A stretch of DNA of 49,662 nt, filler included, from Jimgerdemannia flammicorona (Eukaryota), in the NCBI GenBank assembly GCA_003990765.1. It is 2 parts of 2 records of this genome, joined end to end, with 100 filler letters (N's around TTAATTAATTAA, not from the genome) between each part and the next. Parts side by side here need not be neighbours in the genome. Positions count along the whole stretch, not along the records: positions 1 to 24,782 come from RBNJ01000924.1; 1 more part is not named here. One strand, written 5' to 3'. Below are positions 1 to 10,848 of this stretch, one piece after another (positions within the stretch are counted from its first letter, which is position 1; each line of letters opens with the position of its first letter). Position numbers and translations under genes: made by a program. The notes beneath the pieces were generated by a model that did no database searches, had not been told where the DNA came from, and saw only the letters and a list, made by a program, of their open reading frames with translations.

Positions 1-229
1 AAAAAAAAAGAGACAAGAAGGTGAGTTGAGGAGGTTATGGCAGAGTATGGAGAGGTGGTAGATATTGGATTCAGAGTCTGGGAGGGGACCTCACTCAGGA
101 CTGGGGATGTGAATGTGAGGATTTGGCTGACAGAGAAAGAAGCCACCAGGAAGGTGAGAGACTGGCCTTTGGAGATGGTCTGGGGGGCGATCTTGTGCAA
201 GGTAATGAGGGTGAAGGGGAGTGAGGAGG
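1..229 (+). mobile_element. 5' part (ORF1 region) of the LINE, split off by insertion of LTR element A
   Basis: Same purine-rich, CpG-depleted composition as 19983-24782. It ends in GGAGG (225-229), which is duplicated at 19983-19987, so the two pieces were contiguous before the insertion. Confidence 0.65.
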
Positions 230-1021
230 TGTAATAACTCTCACTTCTACCCCTCTCTTATTCTTAAGATAATTAGGGAAGTGGACTATTACTTAGGGAC
301 TTAGTACACAATGTGTACCAAGAAGCCTTCAGTTGAGGAAGCACTTGCTTAAAGTAGTTTGTAGCAGCAGTGTCTTCTATTTTAAAGGTCTTTCTCTTAT
401 GCCCTATTTCAAGAGTCTTGTTCTTTGATATGCACAGACTGAATTTGCCTTGGAATTCAGGTTCAATGGGTTTACTTAAGTCTTTGTGATTTGTATACCA
501 GTCTCAGTTCTGGCAGAAGTTAGCTAGGCTTCTGGAGTTTAGTCAGAAACACTAAAGTCACTTAGATGTCATTACTAAGACTCAGGGGAATGTGTGTGTG
601 TGGGGGGGACTTGATTCTTGTTATCAAGGACTGAACTAAAACTGCTTTATTTCGGATAGAAACTGGGGGGTATTTATATAAGTTGGTCTGTGATTTCTGA
701 CTAAGTATGATTGACTAATTTGGTAACTATAATGAGGTTTGTGATTGCAACCTTTGTCAGGTAGTTTTTGACAAAAAACAACTTTATGATCAGGACCTTA
801 ATTACTAGGCAATGATCAGCTGCTGTGGCAATAGTTGCTGCAGTGCCAATTGTTGGGGATAAGCTGAATATCATTTTCCACATCATTTTTGCATCATTCA
901 TTCATTCGTCATTCATTATTTATATGCCATGCTCAATTGTATGATGACATCATCACCACTGGGTCATGTGATTGCTCATCTCATCATGTCCCATCTGTTC
1001 ACACTTTTTCATTCTATTACA
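230..1021 (-). repeat. 3' LTR of element A (~790 bp)
   Basis: Direct repeat of 19202-19982 with TG...CA ends. On the minus strand it has TATAAATACCCC near 665-680 and AATAAA near 646-651. Confidence 0.95.
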
Positions 1022-1034
1022 TCCTTCCCCCCTT
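1022..1034 (-). promoter_or_regulatory. Polypurine tract of element A
   Basis: Minus strand AAGGGGGGAAGGA immediately precedes the 3' LTR. Confidence 0.9.
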
Positions 1035-1874
1035 AGAAATCAATGTCCTCATTGATTCGGAAATTGAGAACCAGGGGAGAAAAAGGTAGAGAATCCTCCT
1101 CAGGGTTGTTGCCATCTTCTTCAGTGGCAAGGGGGGTGGTTGCTGATGGCTTGCCATCCAGGATGGAGAAGTCAATGAGGTCTACAAATGGTTCTTGCAT
1201 TGGGATGGATGCTGGTGTAGGTGTTCTCCATCTGATGTGGTTGGGGCCATCCAAGTAGGGTTCTTATTCCTCATGCCTGGGAATATCCATTTGGATAGGC
1301 AGTCCTTTGAAGAGGTCAGATAGGTCTTGGAGCCATTGGTCAGAGTTATCATTCAGGAGGGGGCTCCAGTAGGGTTCACAGTCAGTAGACTGGAGGGTGA
1401 TCCAGAAGTTGGCTTCTTGGGCTACCTTGATCTCTAGTTTGTTAACCTTGAAAAAAGAGAGGTTCTGGAAGTCCTTCAGTTGGACATAGATGAGGTTGGG
1501 GATTGCAAAGGGTGTATGGTATATGATTGATGGACCTTCTTGGCAAGTCTTTGCTCATTCCTATCCAGGTGGGTCCAATCAGAGACTTGGTCCATGGACA
1601 GATCCTTCACCCATTGGAGGAGTTGATGACCAATCTCATATTCATGTCAGATCTCTAGGCAGCTGGTGACAAGATAGGCCCTTTTAATAAGTTCATGGCA
1701 GTTGAGGACATAATGTCCTAGGTCCTGGCTGGAGAGGTTAAGGGCCTCTGAGCAGTGGTTTCTTCCTTGGATAGCAACCTGGATGTGTCCAAAGAGGTGG
1801 TTAACCTGGCTTGGGAGGGGCCAGCTATGGTGGGCAGTTTGGCAGCAGGTAGCTTGGTTGTGGGTAGCAGGCAT
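1033..1874 (-). pseudogene. Degenerate accessory ORF (~280 codons) of element A between pol and the PPT
   Basis: ORF-track pieces 1647-1874 and 1033-1254 are joined by protein-like sequence with stops and at least one frameshift. It starts at ATG 1874 and stops at the PPT. Confidence 0.6.
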
Positions 1875-1936
1875 TCTTGTCTTATCTTTTCTGTGAGGAG
1901 AGGGGGATGAGGGTTGCAGAGTATTCTTGCCTTGGG

Positions 1937-1984
1937 TATTTATACTTATTCACTCATCTGGTGTGACCTTCCTTTGGTCACACC
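1937..1984 (-). promoter_or_regulatory. Putative internal promoter of element A: TATA box plus 9-bp palindrome
   Basis: Minus strand GTATAAATACCC (TATAAATA 1944-1937) is the same motif seen in the LTRs. A perfect inverted repeat GGTGTGACC-7nt-GGTCACACC lies at 1960-1984. The TATA is ~60 nt upstream of ATG 1874. Confidence 0.5.
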
Positions 1985-2336
1985 TTTTCAGCAAAATGTA
2001 TGATCTGTTGCTGTAAGTGGGACATGTGCTGGTTACCTGAGAAAATCCTGATTTCAAAGATATCATCACTTGTAGTTGTAGTTATACAGGGTTAACAGGT
2101 CTTGGTCCACTTTTTTTTTATCTAGTTGGTACATTTGCAAGGACTGGCCATTCTTGTCTAGGGTGAGGGCTCCCATTGTCACAGCTGGGGGTTCGAACCT
2201 CTTGGAAATAGACTTTTCTTATAATCTGAGGCAATTCCTAGTAACAATATCTGTCATGCAGATGGACTTAGACTGGTTTCGACACCATCAGCTTTCCTAA
2301 GTTCCATATGAAGTGTCCATCATCATCCAGCAGAGA

Positions 2337-4373
2337 TGTAAGAGGGTTGCTTTTTATGGTAACTGTTACGTAGTTCTGGAAGGGTTTTCTAGAAGTTCTG
2401 GATATTCTGGAAGACCGTTTTTTCTTATGGTCAAGATCAATTTCGTATGGAGTATATCCTCTATGCTTATTGATTTCAAGATTGAGTTGATGTCTCAACC
2501 AAAGTCCTTTTTTCAGACTAGTTCTGGATGTTCAGGATTTCCGTATTTCAGGAAGTTCAAGAAACTAAGACCAGCTTAGTTTAATTGGCTTATCGCTGCA
2601 GACAATACCCAATTAGGAAATTTCGTAAGGGAGTTAGAAGTAGTACCTAACAGGGAGTGGATTTACTTAAGAGTGGTTTGGGGGTTATTGAATAGGTTTA
2701 TTTGCTATTCATAATATTACTATATTAGGAGTAGTTGTGTGAAGGGATATTGTAGGGAAGTATTCAGGAATGTTCTTGTGTGTTCGAGTCTGAGATTCTG
2801 AGGTCTGGGGGAGGGGGTATTTATACTGGTGAGGGGCTATCTGGACTATGCTAAATATGGATATAGCACTAAGTGCCTTGCTGAGTCAGAATGCAGTCAC
2901 ATAGTACAAGTATGATCTGACATATCAAGAGATCATCTGACTGCTGAGTCAGTTCATAGTCACGTCATATAAAGCTAATCTAACTATACTATGACTGCTA
3001 GGATATTTATAGGTTTAGGTGCTGTCTGGATAGTCCTCGATAACATCACCATCAATTACATCATCTCTGATAAAGTAGTTATCTAGGAAGAGTGGTTTGC
3101 AGATTACTTCTCCTTGTTCACTGAGATAGTAATATATTGGGACTTCGTCTCTATCCCACAAGATAGCATCATCTGTCTCATAGGCTGGATAAGGTGTTGG
3201 TGGATGAAGGATGGGTGTATCATCTTCGCTTTTATTGGATTCACTGTCTGCATACCTTCTATAGGTTACAGCACTATGAGTTGCAGGATTGTAGTAAGCT
3301 GGCAGCTGTGGTTCATGTCGCTCATACTTAGGTAGTGGAGTGGTTGGTTTGATCTCAAGGGTTGTCTGGAGGTACAGGTTGTGTTCTCTGGTCTCTTCAT
3401 TGTAGTTGAAGTAATCAGGGATGAATGCTGGTTGGTATTCATGCCAGTGGTCATTGTCCTAATAAGTCTCGTATGTAGTTATGAACTGTTGTAAGTTCAT
3501 CGGCAAGGTTGGCGGTGTGATCAGGGTTGGCAGAGATTCTGGACTAGAGGTCATGTTGGCATCAGAGGGATCATTGTCTTCTGCTTCATCTTCATTGAAG
3601 TGGATTATATTGTAGATGTCTTTCATGGTATATCCAACTTGGGGCATTTGCAGGATTTGGTCATTGGGGTGTAGGAAGGTTCTGTCTGTGGTTTCGACGT
3701 ACTTGAGGTACTTGTGGTTGAGTTCTTGTATCATGTCATTGATTTGGCCATAGAACAGGGTAGCAACCATTTCGCTAGTAGTAACTCGGAGGCAGGGAAT
3801 AAAGGTACTATACTCATAGAAGAGTTCTCGATGTTTGCAGGTGATGAGCTTCTGGTGTTGAGACATCTGGGCAATGTCTGTGTCATGGTGGTATTCAACC
3901 ATGTCTTCCAGGAGGCAGCTGATCTAGTAGTAGCTTGAGATTTGTCTGATTCGATGGACCTTGCTAAGCATGTTCAGAGCATTCTATCAGGCTTCCATGA
4001 AGTAGAGGGGTGCTAGGCTATGGATATTCATGAGGGGCAGAGGGGGTGTGGCTTGGTTGATAATGGCATTCCAAATATCAGCGTGGATATGGTTGTAGAT
4101 CTCAGTGGTCATGTTTGTGTATTTGGAAGTTTGTAGTTGTTGTTGTTTGTTTTGGTTTTCTGTTTCGACGTGTCTTAGTACTTGGTATATATGCATTTGG
4201 TCCTGATTGGTAAGATTCCGTTTGTGTAGATCTTGTGTTCTGTGACTTCGGTTTGACTTAGCTTCATGATCAAGCAGGTGATTTCCAGATTTGTTCGGAG
4301 GTCATGTGAGATTTCAGTGGCCTGTTCAGAGGGTGATATGTAATTTCGGTGGCTTGGAGGTTGTGCACTTACA
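2337..4373 (-). repeat. 3' LTR of element B (~2.04 kb)
   Basis: Direct repeat of 10849-12908. On the minus strand it has GTATAAATACCCC near 2814-2826 and AATAAA near 2697-2702. Confidence 0.95.
3015..4112 (-). pseudogene. LTR (U3)-encoded ORF of element B, 3' LTR copy, ~365 codons (the frame is open to ATG 4196)
   Basis: ORF pieces 3987-4196 and 3459-3902 and the run down to TAA at 3015 are all in one frame. Each internal stop is a single transition away from a sense codon present in the other LTR copy. Confidence 0.75.
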
Positions 4374-4374
4374 A

Positions 4375-4387
4375 CTCTCCCCTTCTT
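4375..4387 (-). promoter_or_regulatory. Polypurine tract of element B
   Basis: Minus strand AAGAAGGGGAGAG, 1 nt before the 3' LTR. Confidence 0.88.
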
Positions 4388-7300
4388 AGCTTTCGACATC
4401 CTTGTCAGGGCCTTCTAATTTGTTCTAGTGTTGTTACACCATTTGGGAGGTCAAAAGTCTGGTAAGGTCCATATTTCTCAGAAAGTGGCATGCTTATAGT
4501 ATAGTTGTCTAACGTGTTGGATTCACATATTAAAGGGTCATGTGTTCAATGCCATGCACCGGAAGTGATTCTGATGTCATTTACTGCTGGAGAATTTCCT
4601 CTAAGGAATCTTCTTAAATGTCTACACCTTGTTTCCCACCAGTGGTACAGGGAGAATAGGCTTGCTTTCAGTTTTGCTATTTTTTCCAGGGGTTCGGTGT
4701 TCTTGTCTTGTTTTGCTGAGTTCTTGGTTTGGTTCACAATAATTATAATGTTCGAAAGGATAATATATAGTATATGGATAGGTATAGAGTATTTGGTTCT
4801 AGTTATTCAAGGAATCATATTCCTGAACTAGGTCAGTAGCATTCTGAAGATTGGTCTTGGGTTCACAGGTTGTATCATGGATTGGGTAACCTTTCCACTT
4901 GACAAGGTACTCGGGGTGGTTCTTGTTGCCATGTTTGTTGAGGATTTGTTCAACTTCATACTCTTCTTGGTCATTAATGATGACAGGTGCAGGTGGTTTG
5001 GTGGTCTGGTTTGGAAATAGCTCGTCATCATTGTCATTGTATTGCTTGAGACATTGAACATTAAAGACTGGGTGAATCTTAATGGTATCTGGTAGCACCA
5101 ATTTGTAAGAGGTTGGAGAAACTTGTGCAATGACTTCAAATGGTCCAATGAACTTGCTGTTCAACTTTGTCAATGGTCTATGCTTGAGGTTGTCAACTCG
5201 GTATCCTCTGATGTCTAGTAGAACCTTTTCTCCAATATCAAAGGTTTCTTCTCAGTGGTATTGATTAACATACTGTGACTGTTGTTCTTGCACTTGTGAT
5301 AAATTCTCAATGGCAATCTGGCTTAGATTGCACATTTGGAGTAAGAATTCTTCAACAGCTTTGACTGTGGAGGGTTCTTCAGTAGTTCGGATGAGTGTCA
5401 AAGGGGTGTTTGGGTTTTGTCCAGTGTTGGCAAAGAATGGGGTCATTCCAAGAGAGGCTTGCTTGCTATTGTTATAGGCAAACTCAACTGTGGTGAGGTG
5501 TTCATGCCAGTCATCTTGTCTATAGGAAATATAGTTCCTTAGCATTTGTTCCAGAGTTTGGTTCATTCTTTCAGTTTGGCCATCAGTTTCTGGGTGAAAG
5601 GCTGTGGATAGTGCAAGTTTTGTTCCAAGGTGTCCATGGAGGGCTTTCCAAAAGTGGCTGGTGAATTTCGGGCCTCAGTCACTAACAATGATCTTGGGAA
5701 GACCATGATAGTGGAAGATGTTGTCAAACAAGAGTGTGGCTATGTCTGGTGCTGTTGCAGTAGTGGTAGTAGGTACAAAGTGGGCTTGTTTGCTGAGATA
5801 GTCTACAAAGACAACAATTGCATCTTTCCTGTTCTTGGTTAGGGGTAGTTGTACAATGAAGTCTATAGAGATTTGTTCCCAATTTGCAGATGGTACTGGG
5901 ATAGGGTGTAGTAAGCCAGGTTTTGCTAGTGTTGAGAACTTGTTTCATTGGCAGGCATCATAGGAAGTGATGTAGGTTTTGAGCTGATCTGCCATACAGG
6001 GCCAATAGAAGTTTTGGGAGATAACTTTGTAACATTTATCAAATCCTAAATGTCCAGCTGTAGGGGCATCATGACATTCGAATAGGATAGTCCTTTGGAG
6101 GTCTCGGTTGTTTGGGACATACAGTCTGTCTTTGTAGTAGATAGCATTGTCCTTGAGTTGGTATTGATTGTACTGGTTATGTTTGTTAGCATCATCACTG
6201 TTCAGGATTTCATGGAGTGCTTGAGCTTCTTTATCATCAGCATATGCTGTGATAATTTGTTCCATGATGGAGTTTGTAACCAAGGTGAGAGTTTGGATAA
6301 TCTCTTCAATTGGTGGTCTGGAGATTGCATCGGCAATGATATTTTCCTTGCCAGGATAGTACTAGATTTTGTAGTCAAAGTTGGTGAGGACTTTCATCCA
6401 TCTGGCTTGCTTTTGAGAAAGAGTAGCCTGTGTCTTGATATTGACTAATGATTTGTGGTCAGTCAATATGGTAAAGTGTACTCCTTCTAGGTATGGTTGC
6501 CATTTGATCAGAGTGTCTACAATGGCTAGCATTTCCTTCTTGTGAGTTATGTAGTTGATTTCGGCATCATTGAACTTGCAGGAGTGATAGGCCACAGGGT
6601 GTCCTTCTTACATGAGCACTGCTCCAAGAGCTAGGTCAGAGGCATCAGTAGTAACTTCATATGGTAGGGCAGGGTTTGCCGCTTGAAGTACTGGTGTGGT
6701 TATCAGGGCATCTTTCAGTGCTTGAAAGGTAGTATCTTGTTCAGGTCTCCATGTTACAAGATTGTTGAAGTCTTTCTCTTGTTTCATGGTCCAGGGTTAT
6801 TCTTGTTTCTTGCTGTGCTTGGTCATTTGGGTGAGGGCAGTAGCAATTTTAGCAAAGTTGGCAACAAATCACCTGTAGTAGTTTGCTAATCTCAGGAATG
6901 ACTGGAGGTCCTTCAGCTTCTTGAGTCTGGGCCAATCCTTGATTGCAGAGATTTTGCTGGGGTCCACTTTGATTCCATTTGGAGTAACTATGTGTCCAAG
7001 GAATTGAATTTCTTTCAGGAGGAATTTGCACTTGCTGAGTGTTGCAAAGAGTTGGTTTTCTCAGAGTTTCAGTAATACTAGTTCAAGATGTTCAAGATGT
7101 TCTTCCAGGGTTTTACTGAAGACTAGGATGTCATCAATATAGATGACAACGAATTTGTCCAGGAATGGATGCAGAATGGTATTCATCAGTATCTGGAAGG
7201 TTGCTGGAGCATTAGTTAAGCCAAAGGGCATAACTAGGAACTCAAAGTGTCCATAGTGAGTTTGAAAGGCTGTCTTGTAGATGTCTTCTTCTTTCATGGC

Positions 7301-8455
7301 AATTTGCCAGTAACCATTTCACAGGTCAAAGGAGCTTATAAATTGTGGGTTGGTCAGCCTATCAAATATTTCATTGATCCTTGGTAGTGGGCAATAGTTC
7401 TTGATGGTCTGTTCATTGAGATCATGGTAGTCAATGCACATTTACAGGTCTCCTCCTTTCTTAACAACAAAGAGGACAGGTGCACCATAGGGTGATACAC
7501 TGGGTCTGATGAATCCTTGTTCTAGGAGTTCATCGATTTCCTTCTTGAGTGCATCAATTTCTCTCAGAGACATGTGGTAGATTGACTTGAAGGCTGGTTT
7601 GGCATCTGGGATAGTCTTGATAGCATGGTCTACTGCTTGTTTTGGGGGTAGGCCTTTCGGGAGCTTCTCTGGGAATATGTCCCGGAATTTCTGGAGTAGT
7701 GGTCTGACTTGGCTGTCAATTTTGGAGAAATCTTCTTCAGAGTTCTCGGGTTCTCCTTTGGATGGATGGATGGAGATAGCAAAGAGAGGGCATTTCTTGG
7801 CCAATTTCTTGAGTTGTAGCTTGTTGATGTGGGTGATCTTTGGTCCAGGGTCACTAGAGTTGAGTGGTCCTTTTTGCCTTACAGTTTGAAGTTGTGGTGT
7901 CCTTTCTTGATGGTCAAAGAATGGTTTACCCAATTGATCATAGGGTTCTCTTGTTTTAACCATGGAGTCTCAAGGATGATTTCATTGTCAGGAAGTGGTA
8001 CAATTTGAAGGGTAACATGTACTCAGTAGTCGCCAATTCGGAGGGGTAGGTTGTGGACTTCTTTGCTAATAACATGTGAGGTCCCATCAGCTGTAGCAAC
8101 TGCTTGAGTTTGCTGTACTGGAGAGGTAAAGACCTTGAGTCTGTTGGCTGTCTCTTTATTGATAAAGTTGCCTGAGGCACCACTGTCTATCATAATCTTG
8201 ACAGGTGCTCGATTGACAAAAGCCTTAAGTGTGAGTAGTTTGTCTGATCCAATGGTAGAGATTTCAGTTATAGGAGCTTTCCTTCTGTTGGTTATTCTTT
8301 GAGCCAGTTCATTGACACAAGAGAAGCAATCATCAATCATTCGGGAAGAGTACATTCCAATGCCATGGGGACATCGGCCACTTGGTACATATCCATCTTC
8401 AATCTTCTTGTAGAATTGTTCTTCTTTGTTCATGGTAGGTTGGGCTGGGGCCTTG

Positions 8456-8860
8456 TTGGATGAGCCAAATCCTTTAGATTCTCAGATGGTGGGCAGTAGT
8501 TCAGGGACTTCCTTAACTGTCAGGGTTGACTCAATTTTTTCAAATAGGATCTGGGTGATGCAGAAACCAATAGAGATCTTGAAGGGTGGTTTCAGATGAG
8601 AACAATAATTTCGCCTGTATAATCCTCATCAATGACTCCTCCTTCTACTGAGAGTCCTTTCAATGCTAGGCTGCTGTGACAGCATATTCTTTCAACATGT
8701 CCTTCAGGGATTTGGATACTAATTCCTGTGTAGACTTGTTTGACTTCTCGGTTGGAAACTGTAGCTTCTTCAGCTGCATACAGGTCATATCCAGCTGCTT
8801 TTGGACTTCCTTTGGTTGGGGCCTTAGTGGTTTATCTTAACTTGACAAAGTCCAGTATTC
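8456..8860 (-). pseudogene. dUTPase domain of element B
   Basis: Trimeric dUTPase motifs: PTKGSPKAAGYDLYA (I), HSSLA (II, degenerate), GGVIDEDYTGEI (III), CITQI (IV, degenerate), ESKGFGSS (V). Confidence 0.9.
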
Positions 8861-10833
8861 TGGTGGTCAGGTTGTTGAGGTGGTGCAGAGTGGTAACAGT
8901 TGCTCAGATTGCTGTTTGGGGTTTTTGGTTAGGGCAGGTACTGGCCATGTGTCCTGTCTTCTGGCAATAGAAGCATGCTCTGCTTCTTCGAAGTTCATTC
9001 CTTTTGCCTTCAGTGAGTTTCTTGAAGGTGCTCGGCTGGGTAGGTTCATGATTTCTGAGTGTCTAAGAGGTGGATGTGGAGGGAACTCGGGATGCTTCAT
9101 GCTTGGGTTCTTCTTTCTTGGTCCAAGTCTTTTTCTTGTTGTTAAATTGCCTTTGGGGCAGAATGGGTCCAGCTGTTAGGATTCACTTGACCATGGTCTT
9201 GATTCTTGCTAGGCACCATTGTTGGTGATCACAACCAACTGGGTGGCCTTATTCTCAGATTTTTCTAGTAAGCCATTCAGGCAGTGCATCGAATAAGTGG
9301 TCTGCTCTTGTACCATTTCGTGCTTCATTGTTGGTGATATATCCTAGGCCAACAGTGTTCAGGAGTGATTCGAGTTTTGTACAGAAGGTTTCGAATTCTC
9401 CTTTGCCATGTACATCAAATTTGAGGTTGTGGAGTTTTACTCAAGATTCTGCAATCATGGTTTCGCTGCGGTATTGAGCAATCATCCATATCCTGGGGCA
9501 TTATTTGCTGCATTCTGAGCAACTACTGCAGGTCAGGTATCCCATATGAGGGGTTTTTCAGGAAGGGTTCACCACCATTCTTCGGCAGGTCCTCAGAAGA
9601 ATGTAACAACTTGGCGGACATAGGCTATAGTGGTAGCAAAGAGTTGTTCCAGAGTGTGATCTTGATTGTTTGTCAGAATGCAGTCAGCAACTTGCTCATT
9701 GGTCCATTGATTGGCTTTGAAGTTGGTGTCAACTACATTAATGAAGCTTTGGACTTCCTGTGCAGTACCATTGAAGGTAGGTAGGCTCAGATTTTTGGTA
9801 GGTCAGATCTGTTCAGCTAATGCAGTAATGGTTGCTGCCATTATAGCTACTTGAGCTGTGAGGTCTAGAATCTGTTGGTTCACTATGTTGTTTACTGGAG
9901 GCAGTTGGACTGCTGGTGGTGGTGTTACTGATACTACTTGAGGTACTGGTGCAGAATGTGATGGAGTTCTTTGGGTCTGTGTAAGTTGCTGGAGTAGTAG
10001 TTGTGGATCTGGAGTAAGGGCTTAATAGATAACTGTTTGTTTCTGTGTAGGTGTATTCTGTCCTGATGGAGGTGTGTCTCCTTCAGTGGTGTATCTGGGA
10101 TCGAATTCAGTGAGATACTCCTCCTCCTCTTTGGTTTGGTCCCCATGTAATTGGGTTTGCTTGGCGTCGAAGTAGACAGAATCAGTTGTATATCTGATTT
10201 CAGATAGACTTAATTCAAAGTCAAGTTCAGGTTCAGTGTTAGTTGCAGATTCAGGTAGGGCTGTAGCAGGGCCTGCTTCAGGTTCGGGGTCAGGTAGTTG
10301 ATGAAGGGTTTCTCTTGCTTCTTCTTTAAGAATATGGCAGACCTTGCTGTTCTGGAATCGATAGTATAATGCGGTCTTGGTCCTGGTACAGTGAAAGTCG
10401 GTTGAGTTGAGCCACTTGGCTACAGAGGCTTGGGCTTCATGAGGAACTAAGGCTAGAAAGACTGCTGCTGGTTGTCCTAGGTCGCTCAGATTTATAGAGC
10501 TGACAAAACTCTTATTGAGAAGAGTAAAGAAGGCTTCAATAAGACCTTCTTCGTCTTGACTTGCTGGGTGTAGTGCAAGGAGTTTGGTGAATAAGGTTTT
10601 GCCTATTTGCTGATTTAACTGGAGTATTTCTTTCTTTAAATGAAGTTTGTCCCACTTGTTACAGGTGTGGAGGTCAAATTGTCCTTGTACATCAGGTTCA
10701 ATTCTCTCCAGATTGTCAGATGGTTCAGGATAAATTCCAGTTTAGAGGTTGGGCTTTATACCAACTTGTAGGAATTCACAGAGGGGTTTGTAGTGGGGTG
10801 AGGAAGCATCTTGAAGCAGAATTGGATTGTAAA

Positions 10834-10845
10834 CCACTGCTACCA
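10834..10845 (-). promoter_or_regulatory. Primer-binding site of element B (initiator tRNA-Met-like)
   Basis: Minus strand TGGTAGCAGTGG, 3 nt after the 5' LTR and identical to the PBS of A. It is complementary to a tRNA 3' end ...CUGCUACCA; the tRNA identity is inferred. Confidence 0.8.
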
Positions 10846-10848
10846 AGT

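Larger units (their letters stand above)
4799..10848 (-). pseudogene. Element B gag-dUTPase-pol polyprotein (degenerate)
   Basis: Zinc knuckle CFYCQKTGHMASTC (~8935-8975); PR IMIDSGASGNFI (~8160-8195); [26 protein letters not shown] and YIDD (~7130); RNase H TDASDLALGAVL..KEMLAIV..TDH; integrase HDAPTAGHLGFDK and HPETDGQTERMN; GPF motif; chromodomain EYEVEQIL..YLVKWKGY (4800-4975). Many stops and frameshifts. Confidence 0.95.

Noticed and set aside
1033..4196. Calling the accessory ORFs env genes
   Set aside because: No signal peptide, furin site or transmembrane helix is visible; the products look soluble and acidic.
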